Assembly: GCA_028023455.1 (NCBI GenBank)
Contig: JAQFVV010000007.1
Coordinates: 1,302,001-1,366,000, forward strand
Direction of reading: 5' to 3'
Source of the DNA: Epiperipatus broadwayi
Lineage: Eukaryota; Animalia; Onychophora
Length of the DNA stretch: 64,000 nucleotides
Part shown: positions 35,700 to 48,399 of the stretch, piece after piece
How the letters are laid out: the number at the start of each line of letters is the position of its first letter
Position numbering within the stretch: position 1 is the first letter of the stretch
Notes under the pieces: model-generated
Database searches by the model: none
Told to the model about the DNA's origin: nothing
Seen by the model: only the letters and a program-made list of their open reading frames with translations
Program-made: the position numbers and the translations under genes

Positions 35700-38408
35700 T
35701 ATTTTAATGGATTAGTAGAGTCGCCCACCCTGTCTCCTCTGTTGGTTCTAGAACACCGTTCTTCACCAGGTCATTTATTTCTTTTGCTACTTTTTCTTTC
35801 TGTGCAAAAGGAACCTTTCGAGGTCTGCAAATTATTGGCACGGCCTTTGGTGACATTTCCAGTGACACCGGTTTAGTTTTAAAAATTCCTGGTTTGCCAT
35901 TAAAAAGTTTAGGGAAACGATCGCTTATGTCACTTTCACTGTTAATTTTTTTGACCAATGAGATTTCAATTCCTAACTCTGCAAACCAGTGAAAAATACA
36001 AGTTCAGATGAGACGCTTGACAGGCTCATGGAAATTTTTTCATACCACGGGCTACCGGAAACACTCATATCCGATAATGGAACGGGCTTCACATCTGAAA
36101 AATTTGCCGAATTTATGTACAAATGGGGGATTAAACACATCCTTGCCCCTCCCTACCACCCCCAATCAAATGGACTGGCCGAGAAAGCGGTACAAAGCTT
36201 AAAGTCACTCATGAATAAATTGGGAAAAGGAAGATTCCAAGAGGCAGTTTTCATGGCGTTGCTATATCAACATTCCACACTCACATGTAAATCGTGCAGA
36301 TCACCTGCAGAAAAATATTTAGGCCGGAAATTACGTACAAAACTCTCTGCAATAATGCCATCGAAAGAGCATCAAATGCCACAATAAACAATATATTTTC
36401 AACTGATGAACAAGTCTGGGTAAAAATAATTTAAACAAATCATGGACTCAGGCATGCGTTGTACACCATTTAAGTAAACAAGTGTTTGCTGTCCATATGG
36501 CAGATGGTAAAATATTACGTAAACATATTAACCAATTGCGCAAGAGTGCAATAACAGAATGCACTCCGCAATTGTTTAAAAGTAATGACAAAGAAAATGC
36601 TACTCAGTATGAAACTAAAAGTGAAACAGAAATCACTACTGCTGAGGAAGAAAGTCATAATAGTCTAGAAAATGAAATAATCACAGATGGTGAAATTAAA
36701 TCGCCCCCACACGCAAAGAGAAGAAAAATTCCCCTCCGCCTGCACGATTATGTGTTAAGTTCAGAGAAAAAGAAAAAATTTGAAAGTTAAGTCTCTGAAC
36801 TTGGGGGAGGCGTGCTATGTATGTGTGTGTATTCACATATACACGTAATATAATAATGTAATTATTACAAAATATTTAAGTATGTGCGTGTATGCTAAAA
36901 GCATTCACATTAACAATTAAGATAGTCAGAGATAACCAAACCAGCCACCTCATGTCATGGGATAAACAATGGGAATAGACTGTGTAACACCCAGAATGGC
37001 AGGAACAAACTAGATCAGACTTGCAAGGTGAAGTTTGAAGGATGGATGCATTTTCCTGAGTGCTCAAAAATCACTATTTCACTTTGAGCTCATCTTGCGG
37101 AAAGGTCTATCTCCGAACGTATTAAGGTAGATCTAGGGACAATTGCAGGTTGTATATATCTTGCAATGCTTCTTCTAGATACGAATCATAACAGAAATTT
37201 TTTGCGAGTTCGCGTAGAGCTGAGTCGTATTCCTGCATATTTTCGTTTCTGCCTTGCTGGCGGTTTCGAAAATGAAGTCTGGTGATGTGCCTAGACAGGC
37301 TAGGATTAAAATACGTTGATAAACGATCTTTTAACTCATTATAGGTTAATTTTTCAGGAGTGTGGTGATCTGCTAATCTGTTAGCTATTTGTACGACCCC
37401 TTTTCCTGCAAAACATAATAATGTCGCTGTTTTATATGCCTCTTCAACTACTCTGTTAATAAAACAATAATTTTCAATCTGCTAAACATACAGGGGCCAT
37501 TCATTTGCCTCTCTAACGACAAACTCCGATATTGTCAATTGCATTTTAAGCAATTTATATATAAAGTAACTCGTTTAAATACCGTAGATTTATTCGTTAC
37601 TTCAATAATTCGGCCTGACCTATTTAGTTGTCAGTAGGCTGCTAGGATTCAAATTGAACTGTCAAGACTGCACCATTGAAATATCCGGTTCTAGTTGGAT
37701 ATATAAGGGCCGGGATCGATAGCTTTGACTGGCCAAATGATTTAGGTTCAAGTTATCGCACCCAACAACTAAAAGTATTTATATAATGAAATACATGAAC
37801 ACGGCAGTTGGAATTAATAGGTTTATACATATATACACGAGGATCAATATATGAATACAAATTATTATATAAATAAAACAGATTAATACATTATTATACA
37901 TCACTATATATTACAGCCCGTAGGCTTACATTAATTAATAACAAGATCTATACGACCTGTAATTGTTCCTAGATCTACCTTGGTACGTTCGGAGGTAGAT
38001 CTCTCTGCAAAACGAGCTGAAAGTGAAGTAGTGATTTTTGAGCAATCAGGAAAAAGCATCCATCCTTCAAACTTCACCTCGCAAGCCTGACCTAGTTTGT
38101 TCCCACTGTCCTGGGTGTTACACAGTCTATTCCCATTGGTCATCCCATGACAAGAAGCTCATAGTGGCCAGTTTGGTTATCTCTGACTAATCAGTTATAT
38201 ATTCCACTACTTCGATATTAACTACTGATTCTAATTATTTATACTCTAATTAATCTTTACTTCCTTTAATCAACAACCATTGTTATCTCATTTGACTATC
38301 TTAATCATTAATGTGAATGCTTTTAGCATACACACACATACTTAAATATTTTGTAATAATTACATTATTATATTGCATGCATATGTGAATACACACACAT
38401 ACATAGCA
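35700..38408. mobile_element. Rearranged Gypsy/Ty3 LTR retrotransposon(s): 5' LTR + gag (minus), inverted integrase-PPT-LTR (plus), pol linker (minus)
   Basis: LTR starts tgctatgtatgtgtg at 38408 on minus and at 36813 on plus after the PPT gggggaggcg. Minus gag at about 37545-37165 (EWPLYV*QIENY...LTYNELKDRLSTYF...FRNRQQ). Plus integrase at 35989-36387. Minus RPRKVPFAQKEKV at 35704-35958. Confidence 0.85.
35989..36790 (+). pseudogene. Gypsy integrase core and C-terminus
   Basis: HGLPETLISDNGTGFTSEKF, PYHPQSNGLAEKAVQ, SPAEKYLGRKLRT and C-terminal RKHINQLR. Confidence 0.9.
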
Positions 38409-38479
38409 TTTTTAAATATTTTCATATTCCTTTTTTTTTTTTAATCATTCTCTTATCCCAAATAAAAATTGCTATATGG

Positions 38480-38620
38480 CCCAAAGAATTCTACTAACAT
38501 TACCATAAATGTAACAGCAAACAAAAGTAATTTTCCTAAACTGAAAATTTTACAAAAATATGTGTCCCAAGATCAATTAAATGATTTAGCAATAATTTCT
38601 ATAGAAATCTTATTATTTGC
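38480..38620 (+). mobile_element. hAT transposase C-terminal dimerisation-domain remnant
   Basis: VTANKSNFPKLKILQKYVSQDQLNDLAIISIE resembles the hAT PVT...SFSKLK.IK...SQ.RL..LA.ISIE motif. Confidence 0.6.
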
Positions 38621-40589
38621 TATAACTAAAGGCCAAAGATTAATTTATTATATTATAATTTTCCTTTATTCAGTTAGTTTTTTATTATATTTTCTTCATT
38701 TTTCTGCGGTTTTTATTTTTGTGTGAATTTTTCATATTTGTTTTATTTAATCATATTTTTAGTATTATAATTCCTTACAGTCTTCAAGAGACTCTTTTAA
38801 GTCTGCAGCAGATAAAAACATAAAGTTGTGTCCACAATAATTGATGCTTTCATCACATGGTTAAATTCACGCTCTTGTAGCTATTAGTAGTAGTTTTATT
38901 TGCTCGTTTTGTGTTCATATACTGATTTATTAATTAAAAAAAAAAAGACATCAAGATGTCAGTATCATATACAGAACACAAAATGATTGATAGTTTATTT
39001 GTTTTCAAAATAGTCACTATGCTTGTGAGAGCTCAGTTTCTACTCAAATTTTAAAATAAAAATCACATATTTTCCATAGTATATATATTTATGTTGTTTT
39101 TTAAAAATATTTATAAAAAATTTATTTATTTGATGAAAATATAATGTTGGATTAAGATTTAGAAAAGAGTATAAGTTGAGAAAAATGTAATAACATAAAG
39201 CAGGAAATTGTGAGTGGCTGAAAAAGGAATACTTCTATAATCATAGGAGCTGTTACTTTTTGTCATTTTTTAACAACTTTAATTGGAATATCATTGTTTT
39301 ATGCAATCTTTATAAAAGTTTGTTTGCATGTCAGAAATTGAGTTCAAATAATTTTTATTCCATTCCAAATACATTTTTATCCATCAATGAATTTTAACGA
39401 TCATGTAAAACCACAGATATATTCATGGAACAAATAAGTCCAAATCTATTACTAAAAAAGAGATTCTAAAACAATAATTTTAAATGAACTTATACATAAT
39501 ACTTTTTGCTATATCAATTGCAATCTATTTTATTAGAGAAAAGATTCAACTTTTATCTGACCAAAAGGTGACATTATTATTTAAAAGTTATTTTGAAATG
39601 ACTCCTTGAGAATCTAGCCTGTGAATTATCTTAGAAATATATTCAAACTAGTTTCTTCTGTGAATAGGTTTTTATTTTTATGAGCAAATACAAAATAACA
39701 AAAGCTATTATTCTGGTTAGATACGTCAATTTATTTATTTATATTTTCAAAATTGAAAACTATTTTTAAAAATGATTTTTATTTTGAACTTATTTTTTCT
39801 GAGTAATAATTTCAAAATTGTGAGAATACAGGTAAGAATAAAAGTCATTTTGTTAAAATAAAAAGATGAAAAACAACCATTAGAAGCTGTCAAAAAATGT
39901 GGACAGCAAAAGGTTAAATAAGAAGAAAAAGAACCTTTTGAAATAAGTAGCCTTCTGTAAAGCAGAGCAAATATATCTCCAGTAGCCCCTCAAAGAAGAA
40001 CAGTGAAGGAAAAGGCAGTAATCTCCATATTTTCCAATTGTCAAGTGATGAGAATTTGAGTGATCTTCCGTTTTTGTTTTATCTTCTACATAAGGATAGT
40101 TAGATACCCATTTACTGATTAATGTTATGTTGATTATGAGCCAGTTACCTGAGAGAATATTTCTAAGCCTTTTTGACAAAAAATTATTTGGTGCAGTTAT
40201 TAAGACTTGTTTCAGGTGGTAAAAGTAAATAACATTAATATTTTAGATAGTTTTCTTCAAAGATGAATTAGGGAAAAAAAAGATTACTCTTTGAATTGGG
40301 ATGAAGTGTGAAAGGATTCCCAGGCAAAATTTAGATGTGTAAATATTCTAAAATTATTTTTAATTAATTTTGCCTATAAAAGTATTACAAAATAAAGAAT
40401 TAGAAAAAATATTGTGAGATTTTATAAATTTCATGAAAACAATATAGATAAAGAGCTTATTCAAGAAACATTACCATTAAAAGAATGATTTTTAAAAAAG
40501 GTGTAAACTTTTCTCCTCAATATATTACAATAATAGACTATAATTTTAATGAACTTTTTCTGAATGTATTAATTGTAATAACAATGTTT

Positions 40590-40715
40590 ATTACATTGAC
40601 CATGACAATTTCAATCATGGAATATTCTTTTAGTAAATTAAAGCTTATAAAAAAGTAACTTTTTTCTACAATGTGTGAAGATCGGTCAGAAATAATAGCT
40701 ATATTAATGAAACAA
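40590..40715 (+). mobile_element. Second hAT dimerisation-domain remnant
   Basis: TISIMEYSFSKLKLIKK*...STMCEDRSEIIAIL. Confidence 0.6.
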
Positions 40716-41321
40716 CTATAAAATGTCACATTTTTAAAATGTGATGTCTTTTATTCAAAGTTTTTTTTTTTTACTTAAATGTGAATTATTTGTGAAATTA
40801 TTTATAATGAATTACGTTCAATAATAAAATATACGTAATAAAAATATTTAAACTACTAAAACATCACATGATCATTTCTTATGCTTACACAAGCAATGGC
40901 TAGCACTACTGTATGAAGAGTTGCTATTGTAAAAATGTTTACATTATATCTGTGTAATTTTATATATAAAAATTGTATATTGTTTATCTGGTATTGTTAC
41001 TTAAATCTAAATTTTTTTATTTGAAATTTTGTTGGGGCTCTGAAAAATATTTCCCTGCATCTTTTATGAAAAAAGCTAGCTCTGGGACAGCAATATCAAA
41101 AAAATATCAGGTATGTCATGAACTAACAAAAAAATTGTCTTAAGTTCTGGAGATAATCAACAAGTAACAGATTCATATATAATCTACATATATATCTATA
41201 TGTATAAATATAACCGAGTATATAATTTAAATACATTCATTCTGCCTTATCAGGCAACTGAGAAGAAAGACCATGCTGTTTCTTGATCTTAAACTCGGAG
41301 GTAAAAAGCCAATAAACTTAC

Positions 41322-41509
41322 CATGCTGGCTAATGTGTGTTGGTGAGCAGCCCATCCACGTTCATATACCATATGAATAATCACATAGTAATAACAACTG
41401 CAACAACAAGAACATATGGAGTGGATATTAGGAATTTGCCCTGCTCGGTTCCTTTAAGGCATCCAAGAGGAATCAAAGGGTCTCCTTTCAATTAATAGCA
41501 AACTCCTTT
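41322..41509 (-). other. Candidate cassette (poison) exon in the last intron of the proline-rich gene
   Basis: Consensus donor ATG|GTAAGT at 41322/41321. Two possible acceptors precede it (exon start 41509 or 41397); both give an in-frame stop after exon 51437-51324. Confidence 0.4.
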
Positions 41510-44339
41510 CTGCAGCCACAGTATGAAATACATATTTATAAATAAACCTATGCTTCCTTGATTCTTTTCTTTTTATCAATTCTTTCTTCACAAACTACTT
41601 CAACAATAACTGGATCAAATTCATGTCCATGTTCTTTTTCACGATTATAAAATACTGACACATTTAGAGAATTAGTTTTGGCATTTCTGTATATAAGTGA
41701 ATGCTATATCATTTTCATTCCTAAGTTTACCTTTGTTTATCCATAGTATATATGTGTGCAGTCTAAATGCCTATGCCCAAAGCATAAATGACATTACCTA
41801 TGATTTTAAAAAGATTAATTAATTAATAATACATAAGATAAAGTAGATACGATAGAATAATGTTCTATATCACATAAGAAGTAACCAATCAGACCACCTA
41901 AGTATTGAGATAAATATGCTCTCATGGCATACAATTTAGGGTTGTGCTAATTTATATTTAAAGCTTAAAAGGAATAGTAAAAATAAACACAGACAAATAT
42001 ATAAAATTATTTATATATACTGGAATAATGAAATAATAGTTAAATAATAATAATTGATATTTTGAGATATTACAAATTACATGGCCATCACCTCTTATGC
42101 TTGTGTATGGCAATATATATAGTGAGTTTTGATATTACAAATTATTTAAAAGAAAACATTAAAAAATGGTATGTACTTAAAATATTTTTATACATCTAAT
42201 TCTTAATTTGATAAAAATCTAAAACAAGATTGTTTCATTTTGCAATAGATATTAATTATAGATTTCTATTTATTTTTACTTGGATTAAGTAAAAACTTTT
42301 ACTTAATTAAAACTAATTATTTTTGAATAACATAAACTTAAAAAAACAATCCTGTTTTCTTATTTTAATCAAAATCAAATATACTTAATTATTCTGATTT
42401 TAGATTCTTTTGCATAGACTATAAATAGACATTCAAATTAAAGATTTATTATTACATCATTAGATTGAAGGAGTGCGGAAAGGCAGCTGCTTGTTTCAAT
42501 TTGGTAATATGAACTCACACAGAAGGGACAGCTTTTCTGTGGTTCATAACCCTTATGCATGTACTAGATTGCTTGCCTGATTGAAGTCCATCAAAGCTGA
42601 ACTGAAGATAGGATCACTAGTACTAGAATAATTCTTTATAACTCAGACATGACCATAAGACCTGCTTACAAGCTTTGAAAATCCAGTACCAAATGTAGTA
42701 TATGTGCTGCTTTATATATTATATGCATGGAAACACAAAAAAAGAATTATTGTCAGTCCCATATATATATTGTAAACATAGTTCTAAAAGAACGAAAAAT
42801 CTATTCTATGTAAATTATTTTACTTGAATTTATTTTTTTTTAAAAAAAGGAGGAGGAAAACTTCTTACAATAACTGTATATAAACAATATAAAAAAAACT
42901 AAAGCAATTACTCATGAAAAAACATTTAAGAAAATTTTTCTTAAAAGTTAGATGGCAAAAGCTAAAAACATAATAACTTTTTAATAGAAGTAAAGTAGCT
43001 AATCAAAAATTAACAAATACAGAAAACAAAAACCAGAAGTTTAAAATAACTTTCCAGCTGGAATCTTTTAAAACATAAGTAATATTTCTTAACCTAAAAG
43101 ATTTTATTTATAATTTAAGAGTGATATAAAAAAAAAAAAAGGAAAAAAAATATTTATTTATAATTTAAGAGTGTTAATAACTTGATTTGTACAGTTAAGT
43201 AATTAGAATTACAAGATAAAATAATTTTATATTAGAATACATGCGTGCACATTATGTATATTTTTATTATTTAATTATATACATTATTATCATAGAGTAA
43301 TATTGATATATATTATTAACAAATGTAATATTATTAGTATATTACAGTGCACACAATATGTATACATATATCTAAAATCAGTCATTATTTATATATTAAA
43401 TAGAATTGTTTTTTGTTTATTAATTTATTAATGATGGAGATATTTTGTGTTCTTAGACATGCATGTGTGCTTATACTTATATTGTTTAATACTTGTTACA
43501 ATTTTTATATCTGGAAACTATATTTATATATTTGTAAATTATACTGTTATTATTATACTGTGCTTCCAACGCACACTAGTGAAGCTATATTTTAATTATG
43601 TTTTATTCTGGCTTAGCGGTTTCGGGGCATATTTGCTCCCATATTCATAACCTGTGTGTTATGTTTTCAATGTATGGAATATTTTTAAATATTTATTTGT
43701 AAGATAAAATAAGAATAATATGTTTATGTTATAGAGTACTTAACATACCTTTAATCTCATTTTTATTATAATTTCTAATTAATAAACTGGTTATCATTAT
43801 TTTAAAGTCACTCCAGTGAAATTATTTAACATAAAATAGATTAAGTTTTAGATGTTTATTTTTTCTTGTTCAGAAGATGATTAATCTAAAATTTTATATA
43901 ATGTACCTTTTTTAATTCTAGTCAAAGAGATTGACTGATGTCACTTGATAGTTAATGCTACTGATATTATATTATTATGTTTACTATTACTTATAACTAT
44001 TTATATTTATTTCCAATGCTGATTTTTACTCATGCCCAATGATTGACGCTTTGTGTAGTGTTAGGATGGTGATGATTCCCATCATCCCATGATCCTCCCA
44101 CATTCATATCATTATAATATATATATATACAAACTATAAAAAACAAAAGGAGACTTAAGGATAAGTTTATGTAATTAAAAACGTAAGGATAAGAATGATG
44201 CAGCATTAGTTCATATACAGAAAAACAAAATCCAATAACATATCACATAGGCCCCACTTAAATCATGCTAGAAAATTCTTTTTTCTTACTAACATTTTTG
44301 CCATTCACTATAAGTTGTAGTAATCAATAGATTTCAAAT

Positions 44340-44630
44340 TGTAGTGCTTATTTAATCTCTATTCAATGCTATCCTATTCAATATCTCCAGACTAGATTTT
44401 AGCTTATGACATTCATCAGTAAAGAACATTTGGATGTGAAAGCAGTGCATTAGGACTGTTGGATCTTCACAAGCAAATTGGCTTGGATTGGAAACATTGA
44501 TTTGTTTTGGAATTTGGGCTAGTAGCTTGATAGTAAAATAAAGAATTAAAAAATGGCTGTGGGTGCATTAGATCCAAAAGATCTAAGTGCACTGTTTCCA
44601 GATCCAAAAGCTTCTCACTGATGAAAGTCA
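44340..44630. mobile_element. Family A repeat: minus copy (about 44340-44480) and plus partial copy (about 44560-44630)
   Basis: Minus: ttta CTGATGA atgtcataagct aaaatc ta GTC tggagatattg. Plus: gatctaagtgcactg...ttctca CTGATGA aagtc. Confidence 0.65.
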
Positions 44631-45662
44631 TATCTCAATTTATAATTTATATTTAAAAATAAAAATAATTTCAATTGTAAATTAAAATTCAGGTTTCAAA
44701 AATTACATTTATATTTTTGTATCAAATTTAGGTTCTATTCCAGGCTCACTCACACATCAATAAAGGTCTCTGCTTAAAATAAAATTGATTCAATTTTAAG
44801 TTTAATTTTAAAAGATAAAAAAACTAATTTATTTCAACTAAATAAATTTGTTTTAAAAGTTATGTTCTAGAAACAACATCTCTAATAAAACATCAGATTA
44901 ATTTAGAAAAGTTTGATGAAATAGTTTATCTCATTATTAATTGAAATTCATTGAAAACTGATTTCTTTTACTAGCCTTTGTTTTGTAAATGTTTTAAAAT
45001 GTCAATTAAACATATTTTAGGGATTACGATAGCTGGTGTTATCTATAAACATGCTATCTACTTATCTGAAGAATTTTGTAAGAATGGAAAATTTTTTAAT
45101 TAAAAAATAAAAATATGTTTTGCAAGTTGGTAATAATACAAATGGGCCAACTCAGAAAATAATTTTATCTTTGGTCTTTTGTTGCTGCCTCTACTCACCA
45201 TCTACCACAAATAATTGTTTTAAACCATCATTTAAATGGAACTTATCAGCTACTAAAGAACATTACTTCAAAATATGGAACCCATAACCATTTGAATATC
45301 AAATACTGTTGTTGAATTAGATCCAATGCTACGCCAACTATATTAATATATATTAAATTGCAGTTTAAAAAAAAACAGGCATGCTTCTTAAAAGTAAAAG
45401 TGAACAAATTTGAAGACAAACTCTACCTAAAAATGTGAAAACCAATTGCGACCATTATTTGAAAACCATTAACAAAAAGATTTTCATAGTGAACTACCAA
45501 AAATTTTTTTTTTTTCATCATGTCTATGGGAAAACATACACATATAAATGTAATTTACTCTTTGTATAGAGAAACAATACGTAAACCAGTTTATTTTTTT
45601 TGTGAATGATTTAATAAACTTTTACAAGCCAGTTATATTAAGAGATCTCGATCAATTTATAA

Positions 45663-47105
45663 GGTACTAATACATATAATACACTCCACTGCTTGATGGT
45701 GCTGGTTTTTGCCCAATGCACATGAATATGCCGTTTAGAGGCCTAACTTACGGCTAACACTACAACAGTGTTGTTGTAGCCATAACAGGCCATTTGATGG
45801 CGATGTATTCTACGATTATATAATGAAATACTACATTCATTGGATTGCGAAAGTATTCCTCAAGTGAGCACAATTGACCTATAGCTGCAGTATGATTTAA
45901 TGGTAGCCGTATTTTAAGTACGCAAAACTCTTAAAATATTCATTATTGAATAATTGTGAGAAAGCTTAATCGAAGTAATAGTACATACTAAGAATTGTCA
46001 GCCCATCACATAAGCTTCCCTACAATTTGTAACTAAACACAACTGCGAAAGGTTAGGTTGAAAAGCACAGTTCAGCTGAGTTCATGCGAAAATGCATGTT
46101 TTCATGCGAAAATGGATGTTTTCATGTGATTCCGGGTGAGAATAAAAAAATGGCGACAGCAACTGGAAAAAATTCATTGAAACTCAGTGAATTGCTGGCC
46201 ACAGTTTTTGTTGTTTCTATGCCAAAATCTTTACAACTTGTAAAAAGTTTAGTTTATTTTTTATTCAATAAATGTCCAAATTATTACATGGAAAATTGTT
46301 GTTATTTACATAATTGAAAATAAAACTAAACCCACTCTCCATTGAAAAACAAGCTGTAGGTTTATTAAAAATGAAATATTTAAGGATTTCTTAAAACGCA
46401 TAAAAATTAAGCAACAACTTGTCACTAGCATAAATGTTAAAAAAAAAAATCAAAGAAGTTGATAATTAAAAAGCAAACCAATCCCCTTTCCACCATCAAA
46501 AAATAAAAAAGAACTTTTCGGTAGCATAAATGTTTTAAAAAAAAAGTGTATAAAAAAAAAAACTAAAAAGACGATAATTAAAAAGCAAACCAACCCCCTT
46601 CCACCATCTAAAAACAAAGTGTTTGTTTATTCAAAAGCAAACCAACCCCCTTACCACCACCTAAAAATAAGAAGAGCTTTTCGGTAGCATAAATATTTCA
46701 AAAAAAAGTATATCCAAAAAAAAAAGACGATAATTAAAAAGCAAACCAATATGTTAAAAAAAAAACTATATCCAAAAAAAAAGGTAAAAAGATGCTAATT
46801 AAAAAGCAAACCAACTCCCCTCCACCATCTGAAAACAAAGTGTTTGTTTATTAAAAATGAAATGTTTAAAACTTTAGTAAAAAAAAAAAAACCCATACTA
46901 TTTTCAAAAAGTGTTAAAAAAAAAAATACCATATATAAAAAAAAAACACATATAAATTTTTAAAAAACTAAAAAAGATCGTATATAAATGTCTAAAATTT
47001 AGCATATATTTTACTGTATTGTCGGCCTGCGAACATGTATATTGATGTGCACTGGGCGAAAACCAGTGTCATCAAGTGGTGGAGTGTCTTATATGTACTA
47101 GTACC
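45663..47105. mobile_element. Non-autonomous DNA transposon (1443 bp), GG...CC termini, 8-bp TSD (Merlin-like)
   Basis: About 65-bp imperfect TIRs (ggtactaatacatataatacactccac... / ...gtggagtgtcttatatgtactagtacc). TSD atttataa at 45655-45662 and 47106-47113. Internal tandem repeats containing aaaagcaaaccaa at 46460-46860. Confidence 0.85.
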
Positions 47106-48399
47106 ATTTATAATTTCCTTTATACGATTTTAAGTATTTATATATTTATTTTTCATGTTAACTTAGTTTTAATACTTAACTTTATAACATGTAACTTAGT
47201 TTTAGAATTTGATATATATATATTGTGATATGCAATTAAATGTTCAAGATTTTAAAAAAATCAGTTTTGTTTTTAATAATTTTTTATTCTTTTCCTGCTA
47301 AACAGTTTGATATAATGGAGATAATTTTTAAAATTAAAATTTAGTTTTAAAATAATCAACATTTAGTTTAAATACAAGTCAACTCAATCTTTCTTCATGT
47401 GTTAATCCGATTTAAAAAGTATAAGAAAGATTTAGTTTTTAAATAGTTAAATTTTCTCTCTAAAGCTAATCAAAGATTTGAACGATATATTTCAAAATTA
47501 ATGGAAATATAAATATGTGTTCTAATGCTGATGTGCATGCCTATATATAAAAATAGTTTAGTAAGTTCATATTATTGTGCGTAGAACTTGTAGACAGTTT
47601 GCTATCATTATTTTATTTATATCAATATGCATCTGAAATTAAAGATTAGAACAAATACATATTAATTTTATGTAGCAATCATCTGTTGTACTTGAATTCT
47701 GTATGTTTATTTGCGTCCCCATGACATATATGTAGTTCTCATAGTTTGATTTTGTGTGTAATTACTTGCAGATGATTTTGGATTTTATTCTGGGTTTAGA
47801 GTCAGTTCTCCATAGGAACATATTTTCTCACATTTGAATATTCAGTTTATATGTAGTTTACTTGCGTGATGACTTTTAATTTGTATTCAAGGTCACAAGA
47901 GGTTTACTTATTGTACGATTTTACTTTTAATATGGTGTAGGGATCAAATGCAAGGTGTATAGGTCTGATTTTGTAATCACCTGTGTGTTGTGAACAATTA
48001 AAGTTAATTTAAGTTTTATTATTTCTTATCCTTTTAAGTTAATAGAAAATAAAGACACATATGTTAACTTAGCTAATCACATATCTAACAGAATCAGATA
48101 AACAATAGTTATTTAATGATAGTCTTCAGAGATGATACTGAATTATTAATAAAAAATTATGTTAATATTTATAGGTTGCCTGATGTAAAATGCAATAAAT
48201 GCCACATAAAGGGTAAATTTCAGTTTATGCTTGAATTATACTATATTGAACTATTAATAAATTATGTTTTGTTTGTTGTTAGACCAATTTTAGCATCTGT
48301 TTACTGTAGTTTCCTTTGTGAAGTGGTGTTTATAAAGTGTACCTGTTCTTTGTGACCTAGAGGCAATTTTAAATTTCTATTAGTAATGGTGTAGCTGTG

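Noticed and set aside
46460-46860. CRISPR-like array of aaaagcaaaccaa repeats
   Set aside because: Repeats are degenerate, spacers are themselves repeated and A-rich, the context is eukaryotic and no cas genes are present; these are internal tandem repeats of a DNA transposon.
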